Positions 29,287-43,110 of a stretch of DNA of 64,000 nucleotides are shown here, piece after piece; the stretch's first letter is position 1; each line of letters begins with the position of its first letter. The notes under the pieces were generated by a model. That model made no database searches. It was not told the origin of the DNA and saw only the letters and a program-made list of their open reading frames with translations. Both the position numbers and the translations under genes were made by a program. The DNA is from the human T2T-CHM13v2.0 reference genome, Homo sapiens: assembly GCF_009914755.1 (NCBI RefSeq), contig NC_060934.1. The stretch is one strand, 5' to 3'.

Positions 29287-30744
29287 TTAGAATATTAGAA
29301 TATTTCCATTACCCCAACTGTTAATCTCTGCCCCCTCTTGATTAAGCCAAGCATCATCTACTTTTTGTCTCTATTTATTTGCTTTTTCTGGACCTTTCAC
29401 ATAAATAAAATCATATCAGATGTATTCTCTGTGTCTGCTTTCTTCCACTTAGCATAACAATTTTGAAGTTCACCAAAAATCATAGCATGAATCACATCAT
29501 TTTTATTGTTGAATAATATTCCATTATATGAGCATACTTTATTTTGTCTATTCATTCACCAGTTTGTAGACATTTACATTGTTTCTAATTTTTGGCAATT
29601 ATGAATACTACTGCTAGCAACGTTTATGTGTAAGTCTTTGGACATATTGAGAGAGGAGGAAGGAAGAAACCCATCAGGCAGGCAATTAAGGGGGGTCCTG
29701 GGTTGAGTTCTTTCAGACAAAAGAACAGCCTGCAGGCACAGATAAGAGACCTTGCACAGTGGGGCTAGCCTGAGACATGCCCACAGCCTCACAGATAAGA
29801 GCGGCTATACAGGAGATTTGTCTAGACATGCCTGCAATGGAAAATTCTGTCCCCTGACACGTGCACAGTAAGGGGAACAAAACAATGTGGAGTAACTCAA
29901 GCTAAGGACCCACATGCACATTAGGAGTGTTACCAGGGGGTCCTTGCTCCCAGAGCTCTCAAGATGGTGGCAGGCCGCTACCAAGATAGCGGCAAGCCTC
30001 TTGTTCTCTGACCTGGGATTCTTGGCCTCATGGATTCCAAGGAATGGAATCTTGGGCCATGCAGTGAGTGTTATAGCTCTATTAGAAGCCGTGGGTCACG
30101 GCAGAGAACTGTGGAACCCAGCGACTAGGGTTCAGCTCGATTAGGACAAACCTGGGCACTTAGCCATGGAGGAACAATGGCAAGCCTTTAGCCTGATCGG
30201 GAGTGGCAATGGGTGCCTCACTGGATCGGGAGCACAGCGGACACCCTGCCAGATCCGGAGGGGTGGAAGTCAGCGGCGGGTATGCGAGGGCGGCAAACAG
30301 CAGTGGTGGATGGTGAGCAAAAGCTCAGCTCGAGCTGTAACACAAACATGGACCAAAACAGTGTGCAGTTGCAAGATTTAAGAGTGAAAACAGAGCTCCC
30401 ATACAAAGGGAGGGGACCCAAATGGGGTAGCCGTTGCCAGCTCGAATGCTGGGTTTATATCCCGATCATTGTCCCTCCCGCTGTGCTCTGAGGCGATAGA
30501 TGATTGGCTATTTCTTTACCTTCTGTTTTTGCCTAATCAGCATTTTAGTGAGCTCTCTTTACTACATGATTGGTCAAGTGTGAATTAAGTTGCAAGCCCT
30601 TTGTTTAAAGGTGGATGCAGTCACCTTCCCAGCTAGGCTTAGGGATTCTTAGTTGGCCTAGGAAATCCAGCTAGTCCTGTCTCTCAGTACCCCCTCTCAA
30701 CAAGAAAACCCAAGTGCTGTTGGGGAGGTTGGCCGACGACCACT

Positions 30745-31007
30745 CTAACTGCTTCCTGCTGAATTGGGGCATAGTAGGAGTTGTGCAGTTGAGATTTCCT
30801 TGGGAGGGGTGCCTTCGATGTCATTAACATTGGAGCATGGGCTAGAAGGCCAGTCCAGGGGTCTGCAGTAGATCTTAGTTATGGACTGCATCTGGGGTTC
30901 CATTTGAAGAACCATTTATAGTTTTACAGCTTCCATTCTGGAAGAGACAAACTTAACAAGGAGGTTAAAGATACAGGGATTGAAGTGTATGGCCTGAAGT
31001 GCAGGGG
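30745..31007 (-). pseudogene. HERV-W env remnant (short SU island plus TM cytoplasmic tail)
   Basis: Minus strand reads PCIFNLLVKFVSSRMEAVKL*MVLQMEPQMQS...PNSAGSS, homologous to the syncytin-1 tail. Confidence 0.85.
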
Positions 31008-31906
31008 ATTATTTCTTTGGCATGCTTCACAGGCCCTGACTGTCTACTTGATAGTTTTGAAAAGGCCTGGTCCAGTAAATAATGATTTGGCCCTCTGATG
31101 GGTGCTATCAATGCCTAAGTGAAAGGTTTGGTGAAGGATTTTAAGTAATTTCCATTGGTTAACTATAAGCAAAAGTATTTTTTCCTTTTCAGTGGCTAGC
31201 CATCCTAAGGGGAGGAAACTATGTCCTTGTGAGGTTCCCCATTCTATTTCTTCTGCTGAGTACTGGGGCTTGGTTTCCCAGAGGGGATTACCCCATACTA
31301 GTGGTCCTTCTATAAGCATTTCTAACGGAGGGTCTCACCTTGAGGCTCCTTTGGCTTCAATATCTGCTTGGCTGTTCCCTTCTATTTCCCTTTCCTTTCC
31401 GATGAGCCTGGTAGTGTAAGACTGCCACCTCTTTAGGTTTCTGTACAGCCAATAATAATCTCCTAATGGCTTCCTGATGTGTGATAGGTGTTCCTTTGGA
31501 AGTTAGGAATTCCCTTTCTCTCCATATTGCTGCGTGGGCATGGAGGACTAGGTAAGCATACTTAGAGTCTGTATATATATATTTACCCTTTTTCCTTCTC
31601 CTAATTCTAGTGTATAATGGCCCCTGCTTTTGCTAGTATGTCTCTCCCTAACAAAGGAGTGGGGCTTTCAGGCATAATTAGAAAGGCATGTGAAAACAGT
31701 AAAGTTCCCCAGTCACAACTTAGTGGCTGGGAGAAGTATCTAGTGACTGCCTGTCCTAGGACCCCTCGGATAGTGACAGATCTGGAGGACAGTTGTCCAG
31801 GACAGGAGAGAAAGACTGAGAAGGCCGCGCCAGTGTCCAGGAGACAGTTAACCTCCTGGCCCTTAATGGTCAAACATACCCGGGGGCTCTGTGAGGGTGA
31901 TGGCAT
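31008..31906 (-). pseudogene. HERV-W pro-pol remnant (protease, RNase H end, integrase N-terminus; RT absent)
   Basis: CLLDTGAAFSV...PLLGRDILAKAGAIIH is followed directly by RNase H sequence (YTDSKYAYL codons) and integrase LHQTFHLG. Confidence 0.88.
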
Positions 31907-31919
31907 GGGCTGGCACTTG

Positions 31920-32964
31920 CCCCCGGCACCCTCAGTCCTGCTGCTGGATCATCTGGTTAGTGGCTTCTGACTCAGAGGACCTTTGTCCCCCGGGGCAGTG
32001 GGCCTTCCAGTGATTCCCTTGACATAAGGGGCATGGATGAGGGGGCGGCTTATGTCTATTCAGACAATCTTTTTTAGTGTCCTTGTAGACCATACTGGAA
32101 GCAAGCCCTATTAGGCATTCGATTTGCCCAGACTTTCTGTGTTCCAGAGCCTCCAAAGTCTGCTTGCCTGAGGGCCATGACTAAAGCAGTGGCCTTTTAC
32201 TTATCTCGTTTGTCCAGTTCTACCTGTTCCTCCTGATCTCTATTATAAAAAACCGAGGTTGCCAAGTTTAATAGGGTTTCTAAGTTTTGCTCCAGGCCTA
32301 AGGTAGACTTTTGAAGTTTTTTTTTTAATGTCTGCAGCTGACTGAGTGATAAATTTATCCTTTAAGATTAGTTGGCCTTCAATAGAGTCAGGTGACAAAG
32401 AGGTATGCTTCCTCAATGCCTCCCTTAGTCTCTCCAGAAAGGCAGTAGGATTTTCTTCCTTTCCCTGTGTTATAGTGGACATCATTGAATAATTTATAGG
32501 CTGCTGCTTAGTTTTCTTTAGTCCTTCTAGCACGCAAGTTAGTAAATGTCTGCAGCACCAATCTCCATGTTCTAATTCTGCATCCCAATGAGGGTCTACA
32601 CTGGGAACTGCCTGCTGGCCTGTGGGGAATTGTTCTCTTTCCTCTGTTGTCGTTCTATCATTGATCTGACTGAGATACCAGAGATCGCTGAACTCTCGGG
32701 CTGCAGTTATGGTGGCACTTCTCTCATTTGGGGTTAGTGTCTGATCTAGCAGTAACATTATATCTCTCCATGTCAGATTAAAGGATGATTGTCCTAACCG
32801 TTATAAAACATCAATATAGCCATCAGAGTTATCTGAGAATTTACCTGGGTCTATTTTAATTTGCTTCAAGTCTGACAGGGAAAAAGGTACATACACTCTG
32901 ACCAGGCTGAATTCTCCAGAATACATCTTAGGGTAGTTTTTGTCTTGGGGGGAATGTTTCCCAT
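31920..32964 (-). pseudogene. HERV-W gag remnant (frameshifts, matrix deletion)
   Basis: ATG at 32964 (MGNIP...); QGKEENPTAFLERLREALRKHT major homology region; CPLCQGNHWKAHC zinc knuckle. Confidence 0.9.
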
Positions 32965-35131
32965 CTGAAAAAAAAAGACAACCTTGGGAGGCCAGCACCC
33001 CTAGTCATTTCCTGATGAGCATTAGTCCTAGAGCGTCCTCTATGGTCCTAATGCTTATTCCTTTCCAGGGTGCATAATCACCCATGGACCTCTGCTTATC
33101 AGATTAGTTACGCTCACCGACGTAGCAGTCCTGCATCCTTTTTCCCACATTTCTTGACCACAAAGAAAGGGGTCTGGGCTGCTGGATTCGAATGGTCCTT
33201 TACCAGTGTGCCCAACATTGCCTTTGTGCTCAGGGATGAGTCCTAGAGCAGGGCTGGGTTCCTGAGTATTTCATAACAACCCAGTTGCCCCATCAGGATG
33301 CATTCCCATAAACAACAGTTCTTGTGCAAATTCGTTTCAGAGAGGGTGTAGGTAACCTTTTGAGTCAGGATTGAGATAGAGTTTTTTGATTCTGTAAGTA
33401 CTTTAAGACTTGGCTGAGTGCAAACAGCTCTAACATTTGAGGAGACCAATTATTAGGCAATTCTTCTAACTCTGCTTCCACAAGAGTCTCCCTATCAATT
33501 ACTGAATATCCATTGTGGTTTTTTTTTCTCAATCACCTGGGAGGAACCATCTATCCTTGTCCTGAAGGGAGTTCCTCCTAGGTCTGGTCAGACCTTTGAT
33601 TAGTAATTAATATTTAAATCTCCTGTTAGGAAACCTGCTGGGTTAAGGGAATTTTCAGTGGTTAATGTTAAGTCACCTTTTTCTAACAGAATAGCCTCAT
33701 ACTTTAAGATTTGAGTTAGTAAGCTACCTTTTTGCTTTTTTGACTAAGGATAATTCTGAACTGGTGAGGTGTGCTCACAATGAGGTTTCCTCTAAAAGTT
33801 ATTTTTCTACTTTCTTCTGTTAGCAAAGCGGTTGCTGCTACAGACTGAATGCATTTGGGTCATCCGCGGGTTACTGGGTTAAGGATTTTTGATAGGAAGG
33901 CTACGGGTTGTCAGTGGTCTCAGTGTTTTCAGGCTATGCCCTTGTTTTCACTGACAACAAGGTAGTATTGGAGTGTTATAGGGTCATGGAGAAGACCTTC
34001 AATTATCAATTATAAGTTTTAAATTTACTCTGGCTTTTAAAGGAATAGGGCACACTTTTTTCTTTACTACTTCTATCTTTCTCTTTCTTTCTCTCTTTGA
34101 CTCCCTCCTTGTCTGTCTCTCTCTCTCCCCTCTGTCTCTCTCTCTCTCTCTCTCTTTTCTCCTAGCCCTTTACAAACATGGGGGCCTGGCAAGGGTGGTG
34201 GGGAACAGGTCCCATATAACTGCCTATGTTGAGAGCTGTATGCCTAAATTGGGAGGGACAACAGGGACAAGACTCTCTGGGTTCATAGCCTAGGGGCCTA
34301 TGGATGCAGAGTAGAGCTTCCTTAGATCCCTTTGGAAATACAACTTGCTAGAGGAAATGAAAGTCTGAACCATTATTACCTAGGAGGCAGGGATTGGAGG
34401 AAGTAGATTCAGAGGTAAGGAGAATTTTGGGGCTACACTTTCAAGAAAGTTGTGGTTGGGACCCAGGAGGTATGGGTCAGAAGGAAAGGTAGGGGCGCAC
34501 ACATGGGCGACTGTTGAATAGAGACTTCTGGCTGCGCCATGATCTCAACTGGTTAATGCCGGGAGTTCAGAACGACAGCTTTCTGCCTCTAGTCGGCCCT
34601 TGGCTTCCCCAGGAAAATTGAAAGTGGAAGCTGGTTTTAGGCAGACCAACACTCCCAACCCAGAAGGGTTGGGGGTTGTTAGAAAGCCCTTCCCCAGACA
34701 GCCTCACACCTGAGTCTTAAGTCCCACGGCCACGCTAATCGTTTTTAACAGGCTGATGGGTGCCTGATATTTTCCTCCAGTTCTAAGGAAGGATAGTACA
34801 GAATAGCAAGTGAAAGTGGTCCAATGTTACTCACCGCTTTGGAGGTCCTTACATGGTTGTCAAAATGTTACTGTGGGGGGACCTTGCTCCCAGAGCTCCC
34901 AAGATGGTGGCAGGCCACTTCCAAGATGGCAGCAAGCCTCTTATTCTCTGACCTGGGGTTCTTGGCCTCACGGATTCCAAGGAATGGAATCTTGGGCCAT
35001 GTGGTGAATGTTATAGCTCTATTAGAAGCCATGGGTCATGGAAGAGAACCGTGGCATCCAGCGACTAGTGTTTAGCTCGATTAGGACAAACCCAGGCACT
35101 TAGCCATGCAGGAACAATGGCAAGTCTTTAG

Positions 35132-35428
<297 letters not shown>

Positions 35429-37985
35429 TGAGGCGATAGAAGATTGGCTATTTCTTTACCTTCTGTTTTTGCCTGATTAGCATTTTAGTGAGCTCTCTTT
35501 ACTACCTGATTGGTCGAGTACGAGCTAAGTTGCAAGACCCTTGTTTAAAGGCGGATGTGGTCACCTTCCCAGCTAGGCTTAGGGATTCTTAATCGGCCTA
35601 GGAAATCCAGGTAGTCCTGTCTCTCAGGAGGATGGGGTGGAGCTACCAGAAATACATGCCTTATGCAAATGAGACATGCAGCTCTCATTGGTTTCTTTTA
35701 AAGCCTCTGTACTCAGCTGTGAAACAGCAACCCTTTTTTAGGACCCCTCTCTGTGGCAGAGAGCTTTCTCTCTTTCTTTCCCTTATTAAACTTCTGCTGT
35801 AACCTCACCCTTGGCATGTATGTGTCCTTGATTTCCTCGGCTGTGAGACAAAGAACTTCAGGTGGCACCCCAGAAAATGAGGCCATTTCAATATATTTTT
35901 GTTTCTCTTGGGTAGATACCTAAGAGTGGAATTTGCTGGATCATATGAAAAATTGATGTATAACTTGTTAAGAAGCTGCCAAACTGTTTTTCAAGTTGGC
36001 TTCACCATTTTATGTCCCTAGTAGCGATGTATAAGTGTTCCCATTTCTCCACATTCTTGACATTTGTTACTGTATATTTTATTATAGCCATTGTGCTGCA
36101 TGTGAAATGGTGTCTCATTGTGCTTTTGCTTTGTGTTTTCCTAATGACTAATACAATGAGCATCTTTTCATGTGCTTTGCTTATTAGACATTCATACACC
36201 TTCTTTGGTGAAATATCCATTTAAATCTTTGTCCATGGTTTTTGATGGGCTTGCTTATCAAGTATGAGCATTCTTTGTATATTCTAGATACAAGTCACTA
36301 TCAGATACGTGTTGTGCAGATATTTTCTCAGTCTGTTGTTTGTCTATGTCTTTTGGGGCATAAGAGTTTTTTGATTTTGATGAAGTCAAATTTATCAATT
36401 TTTTTCTTTTGTTTTTTGCTTTTGGTGTTATATCTAAGAAATTTTTGCCTTGCCCAAGGCCTTGAGGGTTTTCTCCTATGTCATCTTCTAAAAGTCATAT
36501 TGTTTTAGCTCTTACGTGTAAGTCTGTGATCCACTTTGAGTTAATTTTTGTGTATGGAATGAGGTGGGGGTTAAAGCTCATCTTTTTGCATGTGGATACC
36601 AAATTGTCTCACCACTATTGGTTAATAGGGCTATCCTTTACCCAAGGCACTCTCTTGGCACTTTTGTTGAAAGTAAATTGAATGTAAATAAAAGAATTTA
36701 TTGTCTGGATGGTCAGCTCTGTTCTGTGGATCCATACATCTGTTCTCATGCCAGACCACACTGTCTTCATAATTGTATTATAGCTTTACAGTAAATTTTG
36801 AAGTTAGGAAATTAAAGTCCTCCAAATTTGCTCTTCTTTTTCAAAATTTATTTGGCTATTCATGGTCTTTTATAAGTCCATATAAATTTTAGGATCATAT
36901 TGTTAAGTTCTGCAAAAATGCATGCTGGAATTTTGATAGGAATTGCATGGAAACTATTCAGTTTGGGAAGAATAGTCATCTTGTCAACACTGAATTTTCC
37001 GATCCATGAACATGAAATGTCTCTAAAATTATATAGATTTTTAAAATTTCCCTCAGCAATGTTTTATAATTTTCAGTGTAAAAATCTTATACTTCTTTTG
37101 TTAAATTTATTCCTAAGTATTTTATTTTTTGTTGCTGTTGTGCAAGGAATTGTATCCTTAATATCTTTTTCAGATTGTTCATTGTTTATACATAGAAGTG
37201 CAATTGATTTTTGTATACTGATCCTGTATCCTGAGACTTACTGTGCTTACGATATGGTTTGGCTGTGTCCCCACCCAAATCTCATCTTGAATGTTAGCTC
37301 CCATAATTCCCATGTGTTCTGGGAGGGACCCAGTGGGAGATAATTGAATCGTGGGAGCAGGTCTTTCCTGTGCTGTTTTCATGGTAGTGAATAAGTCTCA
37401 CGTGATCTATGGTTTTATAAAGGGGAGTTTCCCTGATCATTCTCTCTCTTGTCTGCCACTGTGTAAGATGTGCCTTTCACCTTCTGCCACGATTGTGAGG
37501 CTTCCTCAGGTATGTGGAACTGTGAGTCCATTAATATAAATTACCGAGTTTTGGGTATGTCTTGATCAGCAGCATGAAAACAGATTAATACAGTAAATTG
37601 GTACTGAGAGTGGGATGCTGCCGTAAAGATATCTGAAAATGTGCAAGCAACTTTGGAACTGAGTAACAGGCAGAACTTGGAACAGTTTGGAGGGCTCAGA
37701 AGAAGGCAGGAAAATGTGGGGAAGTTTGGAACTTCCTAGAGACTTGGAGGGCTCAGAAGACAGGAAGATGTGGGGAAGTTTGGAACTTCCTAGAGACTTG
37801 TTGAATGGCTTTGACCAAATTGCTTACGGTGATATGGACAATAAGGTCCAGGCTGAGGTGGTCTCAGATGGAGATGAGGAACTTGTTGGGAAGTGGAGTA
37901 AAGGCCACTCTTGCTATGCAAAGAGATTGGCAGCATTTTGCCCCTGCCCTAGAGATATGTGGAACTTTGAATTTGAGAGAGATGA

Positions 37986-38324
<339 letters not shown>

Positions 38325-39686
38325 TGAAGCAGGAAAGTGTTCAAGAGGAAGCAGAGCACAAACATTTGGAAAATTTGCAGCCTGATGATGTGATAGAAAA
38401 GAAAAACCGATTTTCTGGGGAGAAATTCAAGCCGGCAGCAGAAATTGGGTAAGTAACAAGGAGTCCAATGTTAATCACCAAGCAAATGGGGAAAATGTCT
38501 CCAAGGCATGTCAGAGAACTTCAAGGCAACCCCTCCAATCACAGGCCAGAGACGTAGGAGGGTTTCCTGGGCCGGGTCCAGGGCCTTATGCTGTGTACAA
38601 CTCAGGGACTTGCTGCCCTGTGTCCCAGTTGCTCCAGCTGTGGCTAAAAGGTGCCAAGGTACAGCTCGGGCTGTGACTCCAAATGGTGCAAGCCCCAAGC
38701 CTTGGCAGCTTCCACGTGGTGTTGAGCCTGCAGGTGCACAGAAGTCAAGAATTGAGGTTTGTGAACTTCTGTGTAGATTTCAGAGGATGTATGGAAACAC
38801 CTGGATCTCCAGGCAAAAGTTTGCTGCAGGGGTGGGGCCCTCATGGAGAACCTCTGTGAGGGCAGTGCAGAAGGGAAATATGGGGTCGAGCTCTCACACA
38901 GAGTCCCTACTGGGGCACCACCTAGTGGAGCTGTAAGAAGAGGGCCACCCTCCTCCAGACCCCAGAATGGTAGATTCACCAACAACTTGCACCATGCAAC
39001 TGGTAAAGCCTCAGACACTCAATGCCAGCCTGTGAAAGCAGCCAGGAGAGGTGCTGTATCCAGCAAAGCCTCAGGGGCGGAGCTGCCCAAGGCCATGGGA
39101 GCCCACCTCTTCTGTCAGCATGACCTGAATGTGAGACACGGAGTCAAAGGAGATCATTTTGGAACTTTAAGATTTAATGACTTCCCTACTGGGTTTTGGA
39201 CTTGCATGGGACCTGTGGCCCCTTTGTTTTGGCCAATTTCTCCCATTTGGAGTGGGTTTATTTGCCCAGTGCCTGTAACCCCATTGTATCTAGGAAGTAT
39301 CTAACTTGCTTTTGATTTTACAGGCTTATAAGGTGGAAGGGACTTGCCTTGTCTCAAATGAGACTTTGCTGAAAGAAGACTTTGGGGGACTGTTGGGAAG
39401 GCATGATATGTTTTGAAATGTGAGGACATGAGATTTGGGAGAGGTTAGGGGTGGAATAATATGGTTAGGCTGTATCCTCACCCAAATCTCAGTTTGAATT
39501 GTAGCTCCCGTAATTACCACATGTTATGGGAAGGACCCAGTGGGAGGTAATTGAATCATGGGGGTGGGTATTTCCTGTGCTGCTGTTTTTGTAGTGAATA
39601 AGTCTCACGAGATCTGACGGTTTTAAAAAAGGGAGTTCCCCTGCTCATTCTCTCTCTTGCCTGCCTCCACATAAGAAATGCCTTTC

Positions 39687-40004
<318 letters not shown>

Positions 40005-42157
40005 TCATCTTCCACCAAGATTGTGAGGCCACCCCAGCCACATGAAACTGTGAGTCCATTAAACTTCTTTTCCTTTATAAATTACCCAGTCTTTGGTATA
40101 TCTCTATCAGCAGGATTAAAGCAGACTAATAGATCTTTGTATTAGTTCTGATAGTGCTTTTATGGGTTCCTTGGGATCTTCTGCACACAGGAGCTTGTCA
40201 TCTACAGTAGACAGTATTACTTTTCCTTTCCCAGTGTGGATGCCTTTGTTCCCCACCTTGTACTTGCCTGATTGCACAGCCCCCTTTTCTCTCAAGGCTG
40301 ATGCTGCTGAAGCTGGAACCCCCAAGAGAGATTGACTCCCCGTGGCCATAGACCTATGCTGTGACCTTTGGTGGCCCAGGAGGATAGCAGCAATGAGCCA
40401 CAGCTGCCTTCCAACTTTGTGGGGGTGGGAAGGCAAAGCCTGTGCTCACTGTCAGATGTCCATCACAGGCCCATGTGGCCATGGGGCATGGCCCCAGGTC
40501 TCTGGACCCTCTAATTTGGGATCCCTAGTTCTGAGAGCCCCACTGAAGATTTTGCATCTGATTCCTACCTTATTCCTCCAAACACACTGTGTAGCAAGAG
40601 ATGACTGTCTGGGCGCCACATGGTGACCCCAAATTGTTTTAATAAAGTTAGTCTTACATTATTCCTTATCAGTGAGTGAAGCAGTGGGAATCTTAGGAAT
40701 ATAGCACAGAGGGTTTGGGAAGCTGAGTATGCCAGACTGTAGGGCCTGTGGTGTTTAGATATATGCTCCCCAAACTGAGGCAAGGCCTCATGTCTAATAT
40801 TGATTTTTTAACACAGGAAGAGATTTAGAGAGGGAGGTTGAGGGGGAATCACTTCTCATGGAACCAAGGAGCTTCAGGGAAGGTTAAGCTGCCTTCAGAG
40901 GGTTAATTAGAATATCTGAGGGGGTGGAGTTTAAAGAAAGAATATTCAATACTATAATTTTAATTTTGTTTTCCAAATCTGAGTTTCTTTTGCTGTAATA
41001 TAAACTTGAAAATTAAATTCAACAAAATCATTTTTGTTCTTGGAAACAGAAAATACAGCGAGTTTCAAAGGAAACAACAGGGAGTTTGGGGGTTTCTATG
41101 GTCCTGCAGGTGGAGACTGCGCTGGAGAAAACCCAGCGTTATTACACCCACGTGGGTGTGGAATGCAGAAGCCTGGTCGCATAATAATACATGATGTTTA
41201 TTGAGTGTTCTCTGACACTCAACAATAATAGTTAATGTTTGTTGAGTGCTTTATAAATGCAACCATTATAAATGAAGGACCACTCTTGTTTAGTGTTGAC
41301 GGAGGGTGCAGTGGAAAAACTAAAACACAGTCCGGGAGCCAAAAGTTCACAATAGTGTCAACTCTTTACTTGCTTTGTCAAAAATGGTGACGGGATCCAA
41401 ATACACTGCACAATGACATTTGTAAAGAGATTTGTTCACCTCTCCAGCCCACTTCCCACAAGCCTTCCCCACAGCACAAGCTGCTCCCAGACATCTTTCT
41501 TCCCAGTGCACCTACCACATCCCTCCCTCCCCATCCAGTTTCTGACCCCAAAGAGCAGCAGGGCCAGAAGTCAGTTCTCCCACCTTGGCACAAAGAAGAG
41601 CCCATGCGGAGGCCTCATTTCCAACATCTCGTAGACCAACAGGCACAAGAGTGTCACACTGGGGTCTAGAAGCATGACTCCATGTGCTGTGCTGGGTGCT
41701 TTATGTGTTGATGATGATAATGATGGTAGCTTCTAACCCTTGATGTTCTGTGTGGCCAGGCATTGTTCTAAGCGCTTTATATCCTGCCCTCAAATTCTTG
41801 CAACATTCCTAAGAAGCAGGCACTAGCCTCACTATTTTACAGAGGAGAAACTAAGGCTTGAAGTTAGATACCTTGCCTGCACTTACAGCTATTAAATGGC
41901 GAAATAGAATTTGAAACCAGGTCATCTGCATCAGAATCCATGCACTTAATCACAAGGCTACTACTACATCTCCAGCTATATTTCATCTCAGTTCGTTTTC
42001 ACAATAGCATTTCCTTTTTCACATGATAAAACAGAGGAGAGGCTCAGAGTGTTAAAAGTCAATGGCCCAAGTCATAGAGCTATTAAAGGAGTGGAATAGG
42101 CCGGAGCGATAGTGGGGAGGGCCGGCGGGAGGCTGAAGGCGGTAGTCTATTGTACAA

Positions 42158-42174
42158 TGCTGCCATCTAGTGGT
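42158..42174 (-). promoter_or_regulatory. Strong CTCF motif
   Basis: Minus strand ACCACTAGATGGCAGCA fits CCASYAGRKGGCR; adjacent small patch with retained CpGs (42098-42142). Confidence 0.65.
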
Positions 42175-42816
42175 AAAATCTGAAACCTTCCTTATACGTA
42201 CCCCGCCCATTTCTAAAAATGATTTACAGTTGCTTGAAGTTTCAGAAGATGGAAACCCTGTCAAATCCTCAAAGTATTAAAATAAAAGTGAAAGGAAAAC
42301 AACCATATCATAATGGAGGAATAGCTGAGGCAATAGTTTTTAACTGAGAACCTACTTGGCTCTGAGTTTCCTGGCAGCCAAGGCTAAGAAGGAAACGTGT
42401 GTTCCATTGCTTATTGCACAATAAAAAGTCGATTAATCCATCACAAGACCAGCCTTGGACTTCATTTTTAATTCAACAACAATGGCACTAAAGATGTTGT
42501 AGGTGCCCTCCTGTGGACATTCATTTACCTGGAAAAGCCAACCAAGGGTCCCGATGGAACAAGTATGCTTGTTTATATAGGGGCCCTGGCTCAGCCTTTC
42601 CCCAAGCAGTCATTCCTGGGATGAGAATGACCCATGAAGGCTTTCAGCAAATGCTATCCACTAGGTCTTTCGGGCCCAGGCACCACCCACATTTGTGGTA
42701 GTTTTGGTTCAGTTATGTTTCGAAGGCAGCGCTGAGGGCCTGGCCCCTTGGTTTGGACTTTGGGTGGTGGCAGTGACAGTGCTCTGTTGTTCCATGAGCT
42801 CCAGAGATGTACTCTA

Positions 42817-43110
42817 GACCTGCGCTGTCCAATAAGGCAGTCACAGGTTACATGTGGCTCCTGAGCACTTAAATTGCAGCTGGTCTGAACTGAGATGCCC
42901 TGGAAATATAAAATCCACAGCAGATTTCATATAAAAAAGGAAAAATATCTCATTAATAATTGTTATACTCATTACATCTTGAAATAAATTATTTCATGCT
43001 GGATTAATAAAAAATAAGTTATTAATTTTACTTATTTCTTTTCACATTATAAAATGGGACTTTTAAAAAATTTAAAATTGAGTATGTGGCTGGCACTGTA
43101 TTTCTTTCAC
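42817..43110. mobile_element. MER3/MER33-like hAT-Charlie DNA transposon relic
   Basis: gcgctgtccaata...acatgtggctcctgagcacttaaa...tttaaaattgagtatgtggct. Confidence 0.6.

Noticed and set aside
29914-30491. Near-identical ORFs repeated at 34810-35431
   Set aside because: These are the two LTR copies of the provirus, not a gene duplication.
36000-37343. Hydrophobic ORFs up to 147 aa (also 62850-63350)
   Set aside because: T-rich antisense L1 gives F/L/I-rich pseudo-membrane peptides.
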